The notes under the pieces: model-generated | Seen by the model: only the letters and a program-made list of their open reading frames with translations | The model's database searches: none | Told to the model about the DNA's origin: nothing | Translations under genes and position numbers: made by a program | Shown: piece by piece, positions 11,794 to 26,000 of the stretch | How positions within the stretch are numbered: position 1 is the first letter of the stretch | How the letters are laid out: each line of letters starts with the position of its first letter | Assembly: GCA_051362555.1 (NCBI GenBank) | Contig: CM120640.1 | Location: 5,022,001-5,086,000 of the forward strand | From: Lingula anatina | Lineage: Eukaryota; Animalia; Brachiopoda | Direction: 5' to 3' | DNA: 64,000 nt

Positions 11794-14700
11794 TCACCAT
11801 AAAAGACAACAATACTTCTTAAATTGTTTTCCCATATCCTCTTCCAGATTTGGAGGTGGTTTCTGAGAACGTGTAAAGTTTAAGAAAAGTTGCTGTAAAT
11901 TAGATTTATATATCACAAAACTTTCAATGCAAAACCTGCCCCTCAATCGTTCCATGATGCAGAATAGTTTGGCAACAGGAATAGAAGTGTCCGTGACCAC
12001 GTAGTATAAAACATCCTGGTAAGCGTTCTTTAATACAGCTCCTGGTATTGAAGCTTCCAAACTGGCCATGAGCGGCTGCACTTCGGGTTTGCCTCCCTTG
12101 CTTGGGTATCGGATTCGTACGAGAATTGTGTACGTGTTGCAGAATTTGTTGCGCAGGTGCTCTATGCTGCCTAAACATGCCAGTCTTCCGTTGATCATGA
12201 TCGCCATTTTGGTACACAGGGCCTCGCATTCTTCAATGCTGTTGGAAAAAGCAATCCAATCAGAGTATTCTATACTTACTTCACTCTCATAATCAAACGT
12301 TAAACATAAAAAATGGAGCTACATTTCGCCCATAAAATAAGGCTTTCAGGTTCCTATTTTCTAACAAAATTTAAATGAAATGAAACAAGGAAACATCTTT
12401 TACAATCAAATATCGATTTGGTCAGCTGAACACGATATTTCAATTACCTATTGGAGAATATTACGATAGTCCTCCCGCGGGCATGGATCTCTTGTAGAAT
12501 AGCCCACACTCTTTGACGGCTATCTGCGTCCATTCCCGAGAGAGGATCGTCCAAAAACACCACTTCCGAATCCCCCATCAGAGATATGGCGACGCTCAGC
12601 TTTCGTTTGGCGCATAAACTGAAATACGTTTTTATATGTGTGTACTTGTATGGTGGATGGTTTTATGATACAATTCCCATGTGTGACACAATTTTAGCAA
12701 TACGTATTTAACTAAGCACTTGTAGCACACCCAGAGGTAAAGGGGCGATCAAAATAAGTTATCCGCGAGATTAAGTTGACATTATGGAGTACATCTTCTT
12801 CATATAGTACCTGTATTTGCATATCTTCTTATGTAGGCAATCCTCAATGTTCAGAGTTCTTCCCATGGCGCCGATCACTTTGGTAATGTGCTCTTTGTCA
12901 ATGCCCCAAAGCTGGCCTAATAGCTTCAACACCTCGCCGCCTGTTAGATGACCAGGGACAACGTCGTTTTGGGGACAGTACCCGATGCGCTGTGGTACCT
13001 ATTTTGATCATTTGGAAATTATATTCAAAAAAATTATTAAAAAATATAAAAGGCCATAGCACATAACTTTTATATAAAGCGACCATGATAACTGAAACTT
13101 TTGGGAATGATTATAAAAACATGTTGAAGTTTAAGTCCAGCAAATTTTCTTGAAATTTGATGGACATTTATAGGATTTAATAAAATTTTCATTTTTTTTT
13201 TTTTTTTGGGGGGGGGGGGGGGGGCACCCTGAATAAAAGACGCTAGCATGACTGGCATAGCGTACAGTCTTTACAGAGATAAACTGAACATGCTTACTTT
13301 GCCAATAGACCGTCGTAGATTGCGTCCTCTCAGATACACGTCTCCGGCTGAGGGTCGTAATGCACCCGTCATCAGTTTCAGGAGAGTGGACTTCCCTGCC
13401 CCGTGCGCGCCAATAAGTCCAAATATTTCACCTATTAACGAATTCCTGTAGATTAATATACGAAATGGCACTTGTTAGAATGAATCAAATGCTAACAAAC
13501 AATTTAATTTTTTTATCTCGTCAGCTGCGTGTTTAACAGAGTCCTAGCGCGTTACAGTACCTGGATATTCTCAAACTCAGAAACCTTTACGGGATACTGA
13601 ACGTGGCTATAGTTCCATAATTTAATCTACTGGCATCATCTTACCTTTGGGCACGCTAAGACTCACGTGGTCTATGGACACAAACTCATTGTGCTCCTTA
13701 CAGACCCTGTGTAGTGACACCGCCTGCATTTGGCGCAACTGATACTCTGGGGTTTCCGTCAGCCGTTGCTCCTCCAACGTGACATCATTATCCTCCGGCA
13801 CGGAAACTTTCAAGTCCTGTTCACGAAAGAGCATAGGGTATATGTTTTTATCTGAGGAAGAGAGTAGTCCTCTATAGAAGCGATACAGCATGCCGCTCTC
13901 CGAAAGAGCCAGCAGGACGAAGTAGAACGCAGCCTGTATGAGGAGGAAGACGAGGATCCGTCCGATCCCTAGTGCATATATACTCACGGGGTTGCTCTGG
14001 TAGGCTTTGCAGGCATCGTCACAGAAACCTGTAGTAACAAAGTGATCGTGATGTCAGTATGCAAATGAAAAACGGGCTATAAGCATAATTTCGGCTACCG
14101 GTTATGTATTGGAACGATGTACATGTAGGCCTACATACATAATTGCCGCAATTCAGGAATTGCTGATAAAACAAACTTTGGCATTCACAACGCAAACTCT
14201 TTAAGTTTCCCCAATAACAAATATACAATGAATGTGATCATGAAAAAAGATATAAATCAAAAAGTCCTAAAATGAATCCGTTTTGAATCACTGTGTAGCT
14301 GTATAATATGTACTAAATTCCATACTGAAATGTTAGAAAGACTCAAGTAAAAGCTGTCTACAAACCGTGACAGCATACAAAATCAGCCATATGTAAAACG
14401 TCTTGGCAATCTAGTTTGATGTTGTAGTTGACATAAAGTTCCAGAAGCCCCTCTCCTAGGCAGTACTGTGGAAACAGGGCCAGGAAGAGCCAATCCAAGA
14501 CCTCGCCGATCAGTCTTTGGTCAACGGACTCCGATGTTCGCAAAAATATGACAGTTGTTAAAGAGCCAATTCCTGAAAGGAAACCAATCTGAATAATTTT
14601 AATTATTAAAACAAATAGTATCCACACGCTAAACGTTAGGATAAATAGATATATCCCAACTGAAAAGAGATTAAAAGGTCAGTATACAAAATCAGACCCG

Positions 14701-17700
14701 TCGCTAGCTGCGCCCTTAAATGTGACGTTTTAAATGAAAAGTATTGGTCATCAAATTCACATTACATAGCCATAGACTAACCTACGATGAGATTGAGGAA
14801 GACCAGCGTTGCCACTACCCTGACTGATGTCTCCACGGACAGTGACAGGCAGTACATCAACGGAATTACAGCAAGGCCGTGAAAGAGCATCAGTAGCAAT
14901 AACCCGATGAGCTGGTAGTCGGCAAAATATGCATCAACTTGGAAGGCAAGGATTGTCAAAACCATCAGAAAGCAAAGTCCCATATAGATGATCAGATCCC
15001 ACAAAAAGTTTCCTAGCCAAAATGTCAAAGGTCGGGCGCCATTAATGAACTGAAGATGCTTAAAACCGGAGATGTTTTCTTGCTCGACCGGACTTGTGAG
15101 AACGCCCAAGAATATAGCCATACCGGAGACTATGATCACTGCAACAGTGTAAGCAATTTCGAGTTGTTCTTGATATTTTTGCTCAACAGATAGAGGCAGG
15201 GGGTGATTGATCACCTCGATAGAATGGTTTTCGGGTGACATCGTTCTTAGTAACGCATTTGTCAGAAAGTTAATGGAAATTGGTCTGCTGTGGTACGCTT
15301 CGCCCCCGTAATAAGCCGTTACCAGTTCCACTTTTTCCATTTCTTTCGAGTAAGAGGTAGTGTTACCAACAAGACCAAATGCTGCACCTGCTATATAATG
15401 TCTGTTGTAGTCTGGGATGCCAACTTGCTCGACTTCTTGCAAAATGGCGGAGTCAATGTCAAGGTCAGTGTAATCTAACATGAAACTACTAAAGTTCACT
15501 AAGCTCATGCCGCGTTCTTGGATCTCTCTTGAGTACACATGACCAAAAGTGTCTATACCAGTGGTAGCGTTGGGAGCAACAACGGCCACAACCTTGGCGT
15601 GCTTGCTCATGGTCTCCATGCCAACGTTTAACGGTTCGTAGTTGTGGATGTCCCTGTTGACAACATGTACGGAGAGTGCGATGGCAAGGACCAATAACGG
15701 TACCAGAATATGACAAATTGTGAACACAGGGTTTCGTTGTGAATATAAAAACCTCTTCATAAAGAGACTTTCCACTTGCTGAACGAAGAGTGCAGTTCCA
15801 CTTTCACGTATGCTTCCTTCTGGAAGCACCAACGCTTAAAAGGTGAAAAAGTATGTCTTGAAGACAAGTTGCATAGATTTATAAGTACATCGACTCTAGT
15901 CAAATCTATGAAAAATCCAAAAATTATGAAGGATAGAAAATGAAAATATAAAACAACGCCAGCATAAGACGATTGCTATATACACACTCCTACTACTAGT
16001 ATGTATTCTTATTTGGCGTATTCGTATTTATGCAGTAGACCCACTTTATCGTTATACCATTAATTCCCCACGTTTAAACAGTACAATACAGTATGTCATG
16101 TACAATGCATTCAATACAATAACAATGCTGCCTTAAAACTAAGCTTTCATAATATCTTACTCAAGGGCTGTTTCCCAAGATCCTGAAGAGGAATGGCTTC
16201 TTTTTCGTGTCCTTCAAGAATAACGTGTTCTGAGTCATTCTGTTCCGATGGTTTCAGGGATGACGTGGACAGATAGGACGAGTAGGACGGGTCAGACTTG
16301 AAGAGATCAGGACCACCTTCGGCAAGCCTGGGAATAGTTACGTGGGAAACAGGTAGAAAGAAAACTGACAATATATAGCCTCATATTTACGTCAACAGTT
16401 TGTAACTCTTCTCTTTTGCAACTTTACTGAGCGGTTGAAATTGTTGATGAGTAATATAATAACAATACCGGACGTAAAAAAAACAAAGTAACAACTGACA
16501 ACACCGTGAGTATTTACTCATCAGTTGAGAATATTAATGTAATCAAGACAACTTTAAGACCAATGGAAAACAGGTCATAACTTCACCATCGTACGATCAT
16601 AATTCGAGATGGAAGACCTTTACCTCTCATACACTTCTTCCATTGTGTTCATCCCTACATCATATGTGCCAACTCCTAAGGAAGGTTTGTGGTCATCAAG
16701 GTCTTGAAACAATGCTTCAAATTTACCATTATCTTTCGGTATAAGAAACGTTGCCCGCGTCGGTGACTCACACTTAAGATGCGAATTAGGAACATGTGAT
16801 TTGATTAGCGACGACGTATCTTCTATACGACACTGGATGTCTTTGCTGACCTGTATTTGGTAACCGATTCCTGGAAAATTAAATTCAACTTAAGAGACCT
16901 CTGAGTAAGGAACAAAATATGTCATGATTTGGAACACGTTAAAGAATACAAGTATAAGCTACATGTATGAATACAATTGCATACTATTTCCTAATTCGAT
17001 TTATAGTGCAACAGGTTCTACGTCCTGGAGGGAACAATATTTTCCTCCAAACCAGGCAAGTTTTAATGGCATGAAAGGGATTTAGTACAGACATCAAACT
17101 AACCGTAGCAATTGTTAATAAAGTCTGCACTTCCGCAACAACGGACTCGCCCACCCATCATGAAGGCGATTCTGTCCCCCAGGGCCTCCGCCTCCTCAAT
17201 ATCATCAGTGGCAATGATGATGGTGCGGCCGTGCTTGGCGCTTCTGAGGACGTCCCAGGCCTTTCTTCTTTCGCACGGATCCAGACCCGTGGTGAAGTGG
17301 TCCAATATTAAAAACTGCAATCATGATTTTCAGGTAATTGATGGAAAATAAATGTACAGTAGCACTGGCATTAGAAGTGAAATTATCAAAGTACAGTCCC
17401 AAACATCATAAATTTGATACAATCGTTTCCAATTGCCACATCACGGTAAAGAGAACCGTGTTTTAAAATCGCAAAGGTACTCTGTGCGAATTCTATGTAG
17501 AAAGCTTCATGTTTTATGCATAAATTCGTTTTAAGAATCTCGCGGGCCCTATAGCCTACAATTACATTATTTGCTAATTAAAACCCTTATCGGCTTCTGG
17601 CGCTTGTATCAAATCTCTAGCGAGTCTCGTGTATATCATCAGCTGCCAGCACTGCATCATACCTTGCTATCACCAAGAAGAGCAACAGCCATGCATAATC

Positions 17701-17963
17701 TCCTTTTCAGAGAATCGGGGAGTTTGCTGGCCTTGGTATTGCGTTCTGGTGCCAAATTGAGCAAAATCATCCATCTCTCTGCCTCGGCAACTATCTGTTT
17801 CTTTGGTAATCCTTTTAACTGAACGAAAAAAATGTATGTCTGATTTTAAAGAAAAGTTCGTAATGATACCAGAGACCAGCGACTGAACTTGATGTTAAAG
17901 ACTAAGCTCTTTTCATTGGACATAATTTCAAGTAATCAAGAGCATACTATTTACTGGAGGTAT

Positions 17964-17997
<34 letters not shown>

Positions 17998-20900
17998 CCT
18001 TGGTAAACAATTTCATGTGTTCCCATACTGTCATATCGTCAAACAACACGTTCTTTTGTGGACAGAAGCCAAGCTTTGGACGTATGGCGTTCATGTTCTT
18101 TGTGACGTCATATTTCTCGAAAATAGCACTGCCAGAACTTGGCTGCATTCTTCCTGCAACGGGGATAAAATAAGTGGATTAATTTCATACTTATATTTCA
18201 TTAACGCCCGAACTTGTAATATTAGGTTGATAAATAATTCAACATGGACCTGTGTTCTTGCAGTGACGTATACAATTGCTTTGTTGTTTGATAAACTGTG
18301 GAACTGCATATCTTGCAACATTCAGCTATGCCTATGAAGAGTTTGCATAATACTTCTTACGCTGATTTTAAATACATGTAATTTCACATGTCAATAAAAC
18401 ATTTACGCCTGTATTGACTACTGCAGAATTCATAGTATAACAGTACCAGTTAAGAATGTTAAGATTCACTTGTTGGCAGTATTAATCTTGGCAGTCCTGT
18501 CGGCAAAAGATCATACTCACCAGTGATTATAGAAAGAAGTATCGATTTCCCTGCCTTGGCTTTGCCATACAGTACAAAGATTTCGTTAGCGTATATTGTA
18601 ATATTCACTCCGGAAAGGGCCGCCTTCTTCCCAAAATTCTAAAATATTAAATATAAAAACCAGTCAGGGATGAAAAAAATTTCATTTAAAAATTTGATGT
18701 GTACAATATAGATACAGCTTGAAATTTTTTTCTTCAAACCCCAATTAAAGTGAAATAAAACTATTTACATAAATCAGTTGTGGAAAATGCTTAGTATGAT
18801 TCTTTTGTCTTTTGTCGTAAAGATACATGTAGGGGTACAATGTCTAACTGTGTTTTTTTTTGTTGTTGTTACAGTAAATTACTCCGTAACTTAGTAAATT
18901 CAGTACAACTCATCTTTCTTTAAAAGCAAGGTATTTTGACTCATCTACCTTGGTGAGCTTTTTTATGACTATTTCTGGAACTTGTTCCTCAGCCACATCT
19001 TCAAAGAATTGCGACTCTTTCTCCGTGATCATATAGTCTGTTGCTCTTGCACTGTCTTTGCCACTTGGGTCACTTCGCCAATATGTAACCTGGATTGACA
19101 TAGAGCATAATCATAATCATAATCATTTCAACTCACCACGCTGAAGTTATGACAATACCCTGAGGTATCCAAAAGGATCATTTTAAACAACCGCGACTCT
19201 ATTGGATTATGCGTAATGGGAATAAAAATTTATGCAAGATGACATATTTCAGCGGAAAATCGACCCCAGCCTGGAGACCTGCCTTGGAAATTGCCCAGAA
19301 ATTAGCTTAGGTCGTCAATAAGGTTTTTCCAAGAAAAATACTGCATACATAATTCCATATATTAACTAATTAAGGCCATGGCCCTGCCATAAATCATTGT
19401 TTGACACGTCACAAAATATTGGGTCTACGTACCGTAAATGGGAAATACCAAGGGTGAGCCCTGCCGTAGGGGCCTGGTGTGACCTCACCCAGGTACCACG
19501 TGACCACTATTAAGATCAAACTATCCACCAGGAACATCAGCATCACGTGCAGGAGGGTGAAATTGTCATCTTCTACCGCCGGCTTGTAGAAATTCGTCCA
19601 GTCCGCACCCTCGCCTAAAATTATCTCCTGATTAAAGCCAGTTATATCTTTCTTCTTTCCATCTATACTTTGTATTTGATCTTAATTTTGTCTACTTCTT
19701 TGTTTTCGTACTAATGCATTTTATTACTATGATAAGTTTTGTATTTTTGTCTTTCATTTTCTATTTGAAAACTATACAATAATTTGAAAACAATAAATGA
19801 ATATATTCCTTTGCATAATATGAACTTTACACTTTACAAGCAAATGTGGCAATAAAACTTCATTTAAATACATATACATGGGTCATGACCATGGGCACGC
19901 CCTGAGCCATATGGGGTCAACAAACTCAAAGTGTCACAAGTGTCCTTAGTTCTTACCAGCTGCTTCGTGCAATCCAATTATTTTGGTTCCAAAGGCAAGA
20001 GCAATATTAGGTAGCAAGCATGCAGCGAACTTCTCAGTTGTCGTCATGGTGTCATAACTGCGAGCATGCTCAATATAGATGTACGGGACATAGGTCAGCA
20101 GGAAGACAATGCTTGTGATGATGGCGGCCACATCGGCTGAAAATACCATTATAAAATCAATACACAAATTTTTATAATTCATATTCTATAATCTTAAAAT
20201 GGGACCCGATGTGCAGAACTCTCCTAATTTCATCAGTCACACAGGATTTGATAATCATCCTTTCTACGCATATAGGCTACTAGCAGGTGCAAAAGTAATA
20301 AAAGTAAGGAGCATTACGATATCAATAAGAATTCAATTAGGTCGAAACGTTCTCAAACGAGTTCACATCCCACAATAACAAGTTTTATTCTGAAAATGAT
20401 AAGAGACCTTAGTCTAAATGCACTTTTCACAAAGTGCCAATTGGCATTATTTGATAAAACTATTGCGCTTAATACAGTTCCCAAACACATTAAGCGCTTG
20501 TGACACTCTTGACAATGACTGCGTACTAAGAGCGTTCTGAAAGATAGGTAAGGCATTATTCAAAACACGTTCCTTCCACATCGCGCAACTCAATTATTAT
20601 ATGAGCGCACAAATAAGCACGCATGTAAAGCATGTCATTAAAAAGTCCATTACCTTTCTGAAAAAAAGCACTGGCGGCAAAACAAAACCAGGTGGTTGCT
20701 ATGCCATACAGTACCAACAGCAGGTAAGTTAAGATACCGGAGGTTTTGGTCAGAATACTAACATCCCCTGCGTCCAGCTTGAAGAGAGCAGTCAATATAC
20801 CCATTATGATGGCGTAATAGACGAAATCCTTGATGAACCAGGAGAGCCACTGGAGGGTAGAGCTGACACCCACCATGTTTAGGCAATCCTACAAAGGAGA

Positions 20901-23024
20901 ATGATCTGAGTAAATATCCCCATTGCAAATAAAGTCAGTGTATGGAATAATGTGGAACTCAAGTCCATGCACGAGGTAGGCAAACTGCCTTTGGCATATA
21001 AAATCATAGATCAGACCTAAAATGGAGGATAATTTAAAGAAAATATATCGATTGAAAGTAAAGCCCATATTCACGTATAATAAGATTACATAACAAATGC
21101 GAGGTATTCATACTGCCTTCATACTTTGTACATATATATATATAAACTTCAGTTAATAATTAATGTAACAAACAGCCAACTGAATATATTGCAATTAAAA
21201 TTGTAGAAAATATCTAGATTGATAAATTTTTTTCTTTCAAAATCCTGTAACTAATCGTATTTCTAAAAAATATGAATGCTTTTTTTTTTTGCTACAAAGG
21301 CCTGAGATTTAGCTAAGGAATTATTCAATCGATCTGCCGTCATCCTGGGAGAGTGGCAATTAGAATCAAACACACGCCAATGAATTCCAGAGCGAATGTG
21401 CAATTAAGAGCAGGTCAATTAAGTCATATTTATCTAATTAAACTGACCTGGAGAGATTGCAATATCCGACCTATATGATATAAGTCTTAGATCAAAGAAT
21501 ACAGTCTAGCAATTAATATCTCTGTCTAAATAGTCTTTTCCTTTGGGATTGATCGCATGATATTTCTGGCACGTCTCTTCTACAAGTAACTTAGTAATTT
21601 TCTCTACATTTTTCGATATGAACCATTTGTATTATAATTGCTGATTATTTTAATTATCCTTACCTTCAGCAATTTCTCTTTTTCGTATACCACTGCTCTG
21701 GTGATGTGAAACGTGTTGAATAATAAACTGAAGACGATGAACAGCGCTAATCGAGATTCGATCATGTTGACAAAGACGTCATGGGAATAGAAAGCATGGG
21801 GCATGCGTTTTAGGGTTGTTGTCAGGTTGGTTAAAAACGCAGTAGCGTTCTTTTGCACTGCTTCTATGATACTTATGTCCAGCGCATACTGCAGGGTAAT
21901 GAAACCAGTTTGCCAGTAGTCTGAAATAAGGTTTTGGTTATTAAAAAGAGAAAAAATGAAAAATGTATTCGACTGCATTGCAAATCTATTGTATAACATT
22001 TAGCAGGAACACAGTATTCGTAGTAAGGCTGAAGCAATAGAAGTGTATATTAAGGGTGTGGTGTGAAATGTAAGGACATCATTAAAATACTCACCTGGAG
22101 GCGAGTCTGAGGCTCTCGGTCTCAAAGTATTGACAAATGGAAAACGCTCAGTCGTCTTCCACGGTTTGTCTGCCGTCGACTTTAAACGGATCTTGTAACT
22201 TATTACTTCTGGGAACAATTTGCTTTGGTTCGACTTCCCTTCTTTTGTCAGCATGAGAAATGCAATTCCGCCGAGAATACTGCAGTTTGTGCGGTTCTGT
22301 TTTGTTACAAAGTCTAGCATTTCATCCTCAGAATTGAAAGGAATAGCTGTAAAATCATTAATTCCAATTTTTAACTTGTGAATATTACGGATCCTCTAGT
22401 TATTGTAATCTATAGCAGACTATGAGCGATGATCAGAATCTTTTGAAGATTTGCCTAAGTAATGCATTTTGTGTCGCTAATGAATTATTTGACCAAAAAA
22501 ATGACAATCAATCTTATTTCTATTATTCATAATATCGACAATGATATTTGATAACGAAAAAATGTGACTGAATTAGCTTTATATTACCTATGTTTAAAGA
22601 AACAGTGTGGCTGAGCATATTTTCAGTTGTCGCTTTTGTGAAGGCCTATGAAACTCAAGCATGTATGAAACGCGTCTGTTTGTGACTTCTCACCTGTGAT
22701 ATTTAAAGCGTGTTCAAATTTCCGAGTCACTTTGTTCATTATGTCTTCTGTTTTTCGCGTGTATGGCGTATAAGCAATAATCAATGTTTCATGCGTCTCC
22801 GAGCCGGGAAATGCATAATCCGACAGAATTGTTCCATTGTAGGTCGTGCTCTCCTTCTTTTCTATGGCAATCCCCATCCGAAGAAATAATAAAACAGCCG
22901 CAAAGAACACAGGGAAGACGATTTCAAACAGCGTCACCCAGGGTTTGCGCTTCTGAAGCAACCATATTTTCTTGAGCAGGAGCACTACCTGCGCTGGTTT
23001 TGATACACCCGTGGTTCCCTTCAT
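11794..23024 (-). CDS. Full-length ABCA-subfamily transporter (ABCA3-like), divergent paralogue with degenerate ATPase motifs; about 20 exons
   Basis: N-terminus QVVLLLKKIWLLQKRKPWVTLFEIVFP; EKEKLLK motif; NBD1 exons 18521-18638, 17663-17818, 17104-17314; large TMD2 exon about 14781-15834; NBD2 exons 13298-13431, 12811-12998, 12448-12618; terminal exon [25 protein letters not shown]. Exon structure mirrors the 40981-55131 gene. Confidence 0.93.
17964..17996. repeat. (GA)n microsatellite immediately after an ABCA splice donor
   Basis: Direct dinucleotide run. Confidence 0.9.
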
Positions 23025-26000
23025 CCTTTTAGCGGGAGCTGTACGTCCTGATGTTAGCGTTCTAGATATACCCCTGCCGTGTATTTATCTGGCGATGAGT
23101 GGGCTTTTACGGCTCTCTGCGTTCGGTAATAATGAATCAGCAAATCCTGGAGGAAGTGCATTGCAAAATCATTATGCCAACAGCAACACAGTCCTCTTAG
23201 CAGGAGTCCTGCTTTCGGAATACAAACATTGTTTAAAGTACAGTATGTATTAATCCCCAGCTCTCCAAAGAACAGATCGTCAAGCACGAGCGTTGCTACG
23301 AGCCATCGTTTTAACTAACTCTAATTGTCGATTTCACAGAGCATCATCAAACTGCAACAACCACTGAGGCAATATCATAATCGTGAACAACGCATCGTGA
23401 AATAGTCTGTGGTTTTGGTAAATGTGAGAACCCTCAAGGGTTTGTGAATTGTCAATAGTATCGACTTCTCCTTCCCCGTTGCACCTTCATAAATGCTGTT
23501 GTCAGAAAGCATTCCACGGTGAAATAAAAAACAATAGTTTTTTTTTCACTCCTGTTCCCTATGCTTCCAGTAATAGCCAGTTATTGTGCGTCACTGTCAT
23601 CAATGATAAGCTGTAGCTGTGGATTGGTTGAAACTGTCGCTGATATCCAGGTGGCATTGACTGCATAGTTCAATCCAATACAGTAAGAAATGCCACCCAA
23701 CGCTCAATGTTCCCTGTGTCTCGCAGCCTGCAGCACGGCGTAACTGTAACATTAGACAATAAATAAAATGTTCGGTGGAAGGATTCCATTAAGAAGGACT
23801 ACATCCATGCAAACTGCCTCGGCATCACTGGAATTATGTATCATCTAAACAAATGAGTTCATACAGCTTTCATAATATACACTGGGGAGAAGTTATCAGA
23901 CATGTAAGATATTTCTTGCATAATTGGTTTTTTAAATGTAAAACAGCGACCGGAAATTCACTTTAGTCACACACAGAGAGTGATAGACTGGATATTTGCA
24001 CCCAGCCTTTTCATCGTTAGAAAAACCAGCCAAACAGAAACAGGAGAGCGTGCGCTATACCCAGGGCTCGTTAAGAGCAATTCGCTATTTGATCCGTGAT
24101 ATTCCGCATCATAGAACATCATGGTGTTAACGAATCCAAAACAATTAACTGTAGATAAATGTAATTAAAGTTACTTCAATTAACAGACGCTTTACGAATC
24201 CTGCACACCACATGTGTGTCAAAATGAAAGTTTTGATTCGTCCAGTTATATTATACTAAGAAAATGAAAAAATTATTTCTGTATCATTTCACCCGAAGAA
24301 GACCTTAAGTCATAACATCATGATCTCCGTTTCAACATAGGATCCAGTATTAGATATTATTCATTGTCTTTACAAGTATGTTGTATGCGTCAATATATCA
24401 CGCGCATTTAAGACAAAGTTGTTTACAGAATATGTGCACTTTCAGCTGAATTTGAAACAGATAAAAGAAACGTGTAGGCATTAGCCATACCAGTGCATAC
24501 ATCCAGATGATGGGTACAAATGTGAAACTTTCCTCAATGTAAATAACATACTCTGAAAATTATATTGAAAAGGTTGGGAGTAATTGGACACACACAATGC
24601 AAATGGCATCGTGTACGGTAGATCCATGTATGAGTGCGTAAGGAAAAGCTGTATGCCTTGTACAGCAGTATACGAAAACTGCGCAGAATTTCAAGGTCAA
24701 ATTATGACATCTTTGACAAACTACGTATTTTTCTCATTAATAACAATTATCAATTGCAGATCGTGGGGGGGGGGGGGGGGATGGGAGGGGGTTTGTATAT
24801 ACCTGTCTCTAACGCACGCACACACATACACACACAAACGCAAGCACACACTACAGTTACAAAAAATTAAAAAATGAAAATAAAATAAGAAAAAAAATGT
24901 TCTCGTCTCGTTTCAAATAGACAAGTCTAATTGACAGCAAGTCTAGTCACCAAGAATAGCACTGATATCGATCTGCAAAGCTTATCCAGATGAATGTTGT
25001 CCTGCAGATATGTACCTTCCAAGACACAGTTTCAGATATCAACTGATTACGGATTTTGTGTTAACCTAAAACATGTGACACAGATCCTTTTTCTTTTTTG
25101 TCGGCGGAATGACATCACTTTCAGTTTGCTGCAATAGTTATGTTGCTGCTGAACAATTGCGCGCGTGTGTGCGTAAGTTAGTGCATGATTCACATTATGT
25201 AGGACGACACACGCAAACGCCTGCAGGCACACATACATACATTGGGTATGAAAATACACTCTTCAGGGCAACACCAGGTAAAACACTTGGCTGCTATACT
25301 TTGAAACAGAATATTGCAAAGTAGATAACATCGTGACTGAAAGCTCAGTACAGGAATCCTAATGGAACATCATTTTCTATGGCTTCCTAGTAATTCAGAA
25401 GATCGTTAAAATATCCAGGTGTGCACAGTTAAAGCAAGATATCTATAATTCATAAAACTATTTGTATGGATTTTTGCAGCGAATTTACACATTATAGAAT
25501 ATCCCATCCTACAGTCAAACAAGGCCAAAAGCATTAAACCGGGCCTACATCATTCCGGGCCAATCTATGTCTTTATACAAACGTCAGGTCAAGATATTTT
25601 TTCTGTACAAGGTTTATTACCCTTCTTATTCTTTGACGCACGGAATGTATGCATAGTCCGCGTGGCCTGGGTTGTTTCTAAATAAAACGAAAAATGCCTC
25701 AATTACACAGTATCTTTTATAAGTGCTTATTTTAGATTAATGTCTGTTATTTTATATAAAATTGCACTCAATATCAATACCAACGCCAAGCACGTTCGCG
25801 TGAAAAAGCCAGTTTCTGTAGTCTGCTCGACATAACCCTTCTCTCACTATTCTGGTCTACTATATGCAGAACGACGTCAGCCGATTAGCCCATGGTTCTC
25901 ATATCCAGTAATCACCACAGCAAATGCTATGTTGTTTGTTGTTGGTAAAAAATGCCTTACACATTACCTTCAAGCAGTTGGACTACTCAAACTACTTACC

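Noticed and set aside
11794-23024. Calling the left ABCA gene a pseudogene
   Set aside because: The exons read have open frames, canonical splice sites and paralogue-matching lengths despite deep divergence. Not every base was verified.
22972-23287. ORFs overlapping or upstream of the ABCA start (possible N-terminal extension)
   Set aside because: An in-frame TAA lies 21 codons upstream of the ATG, and the other frames have no recognisable motifs.
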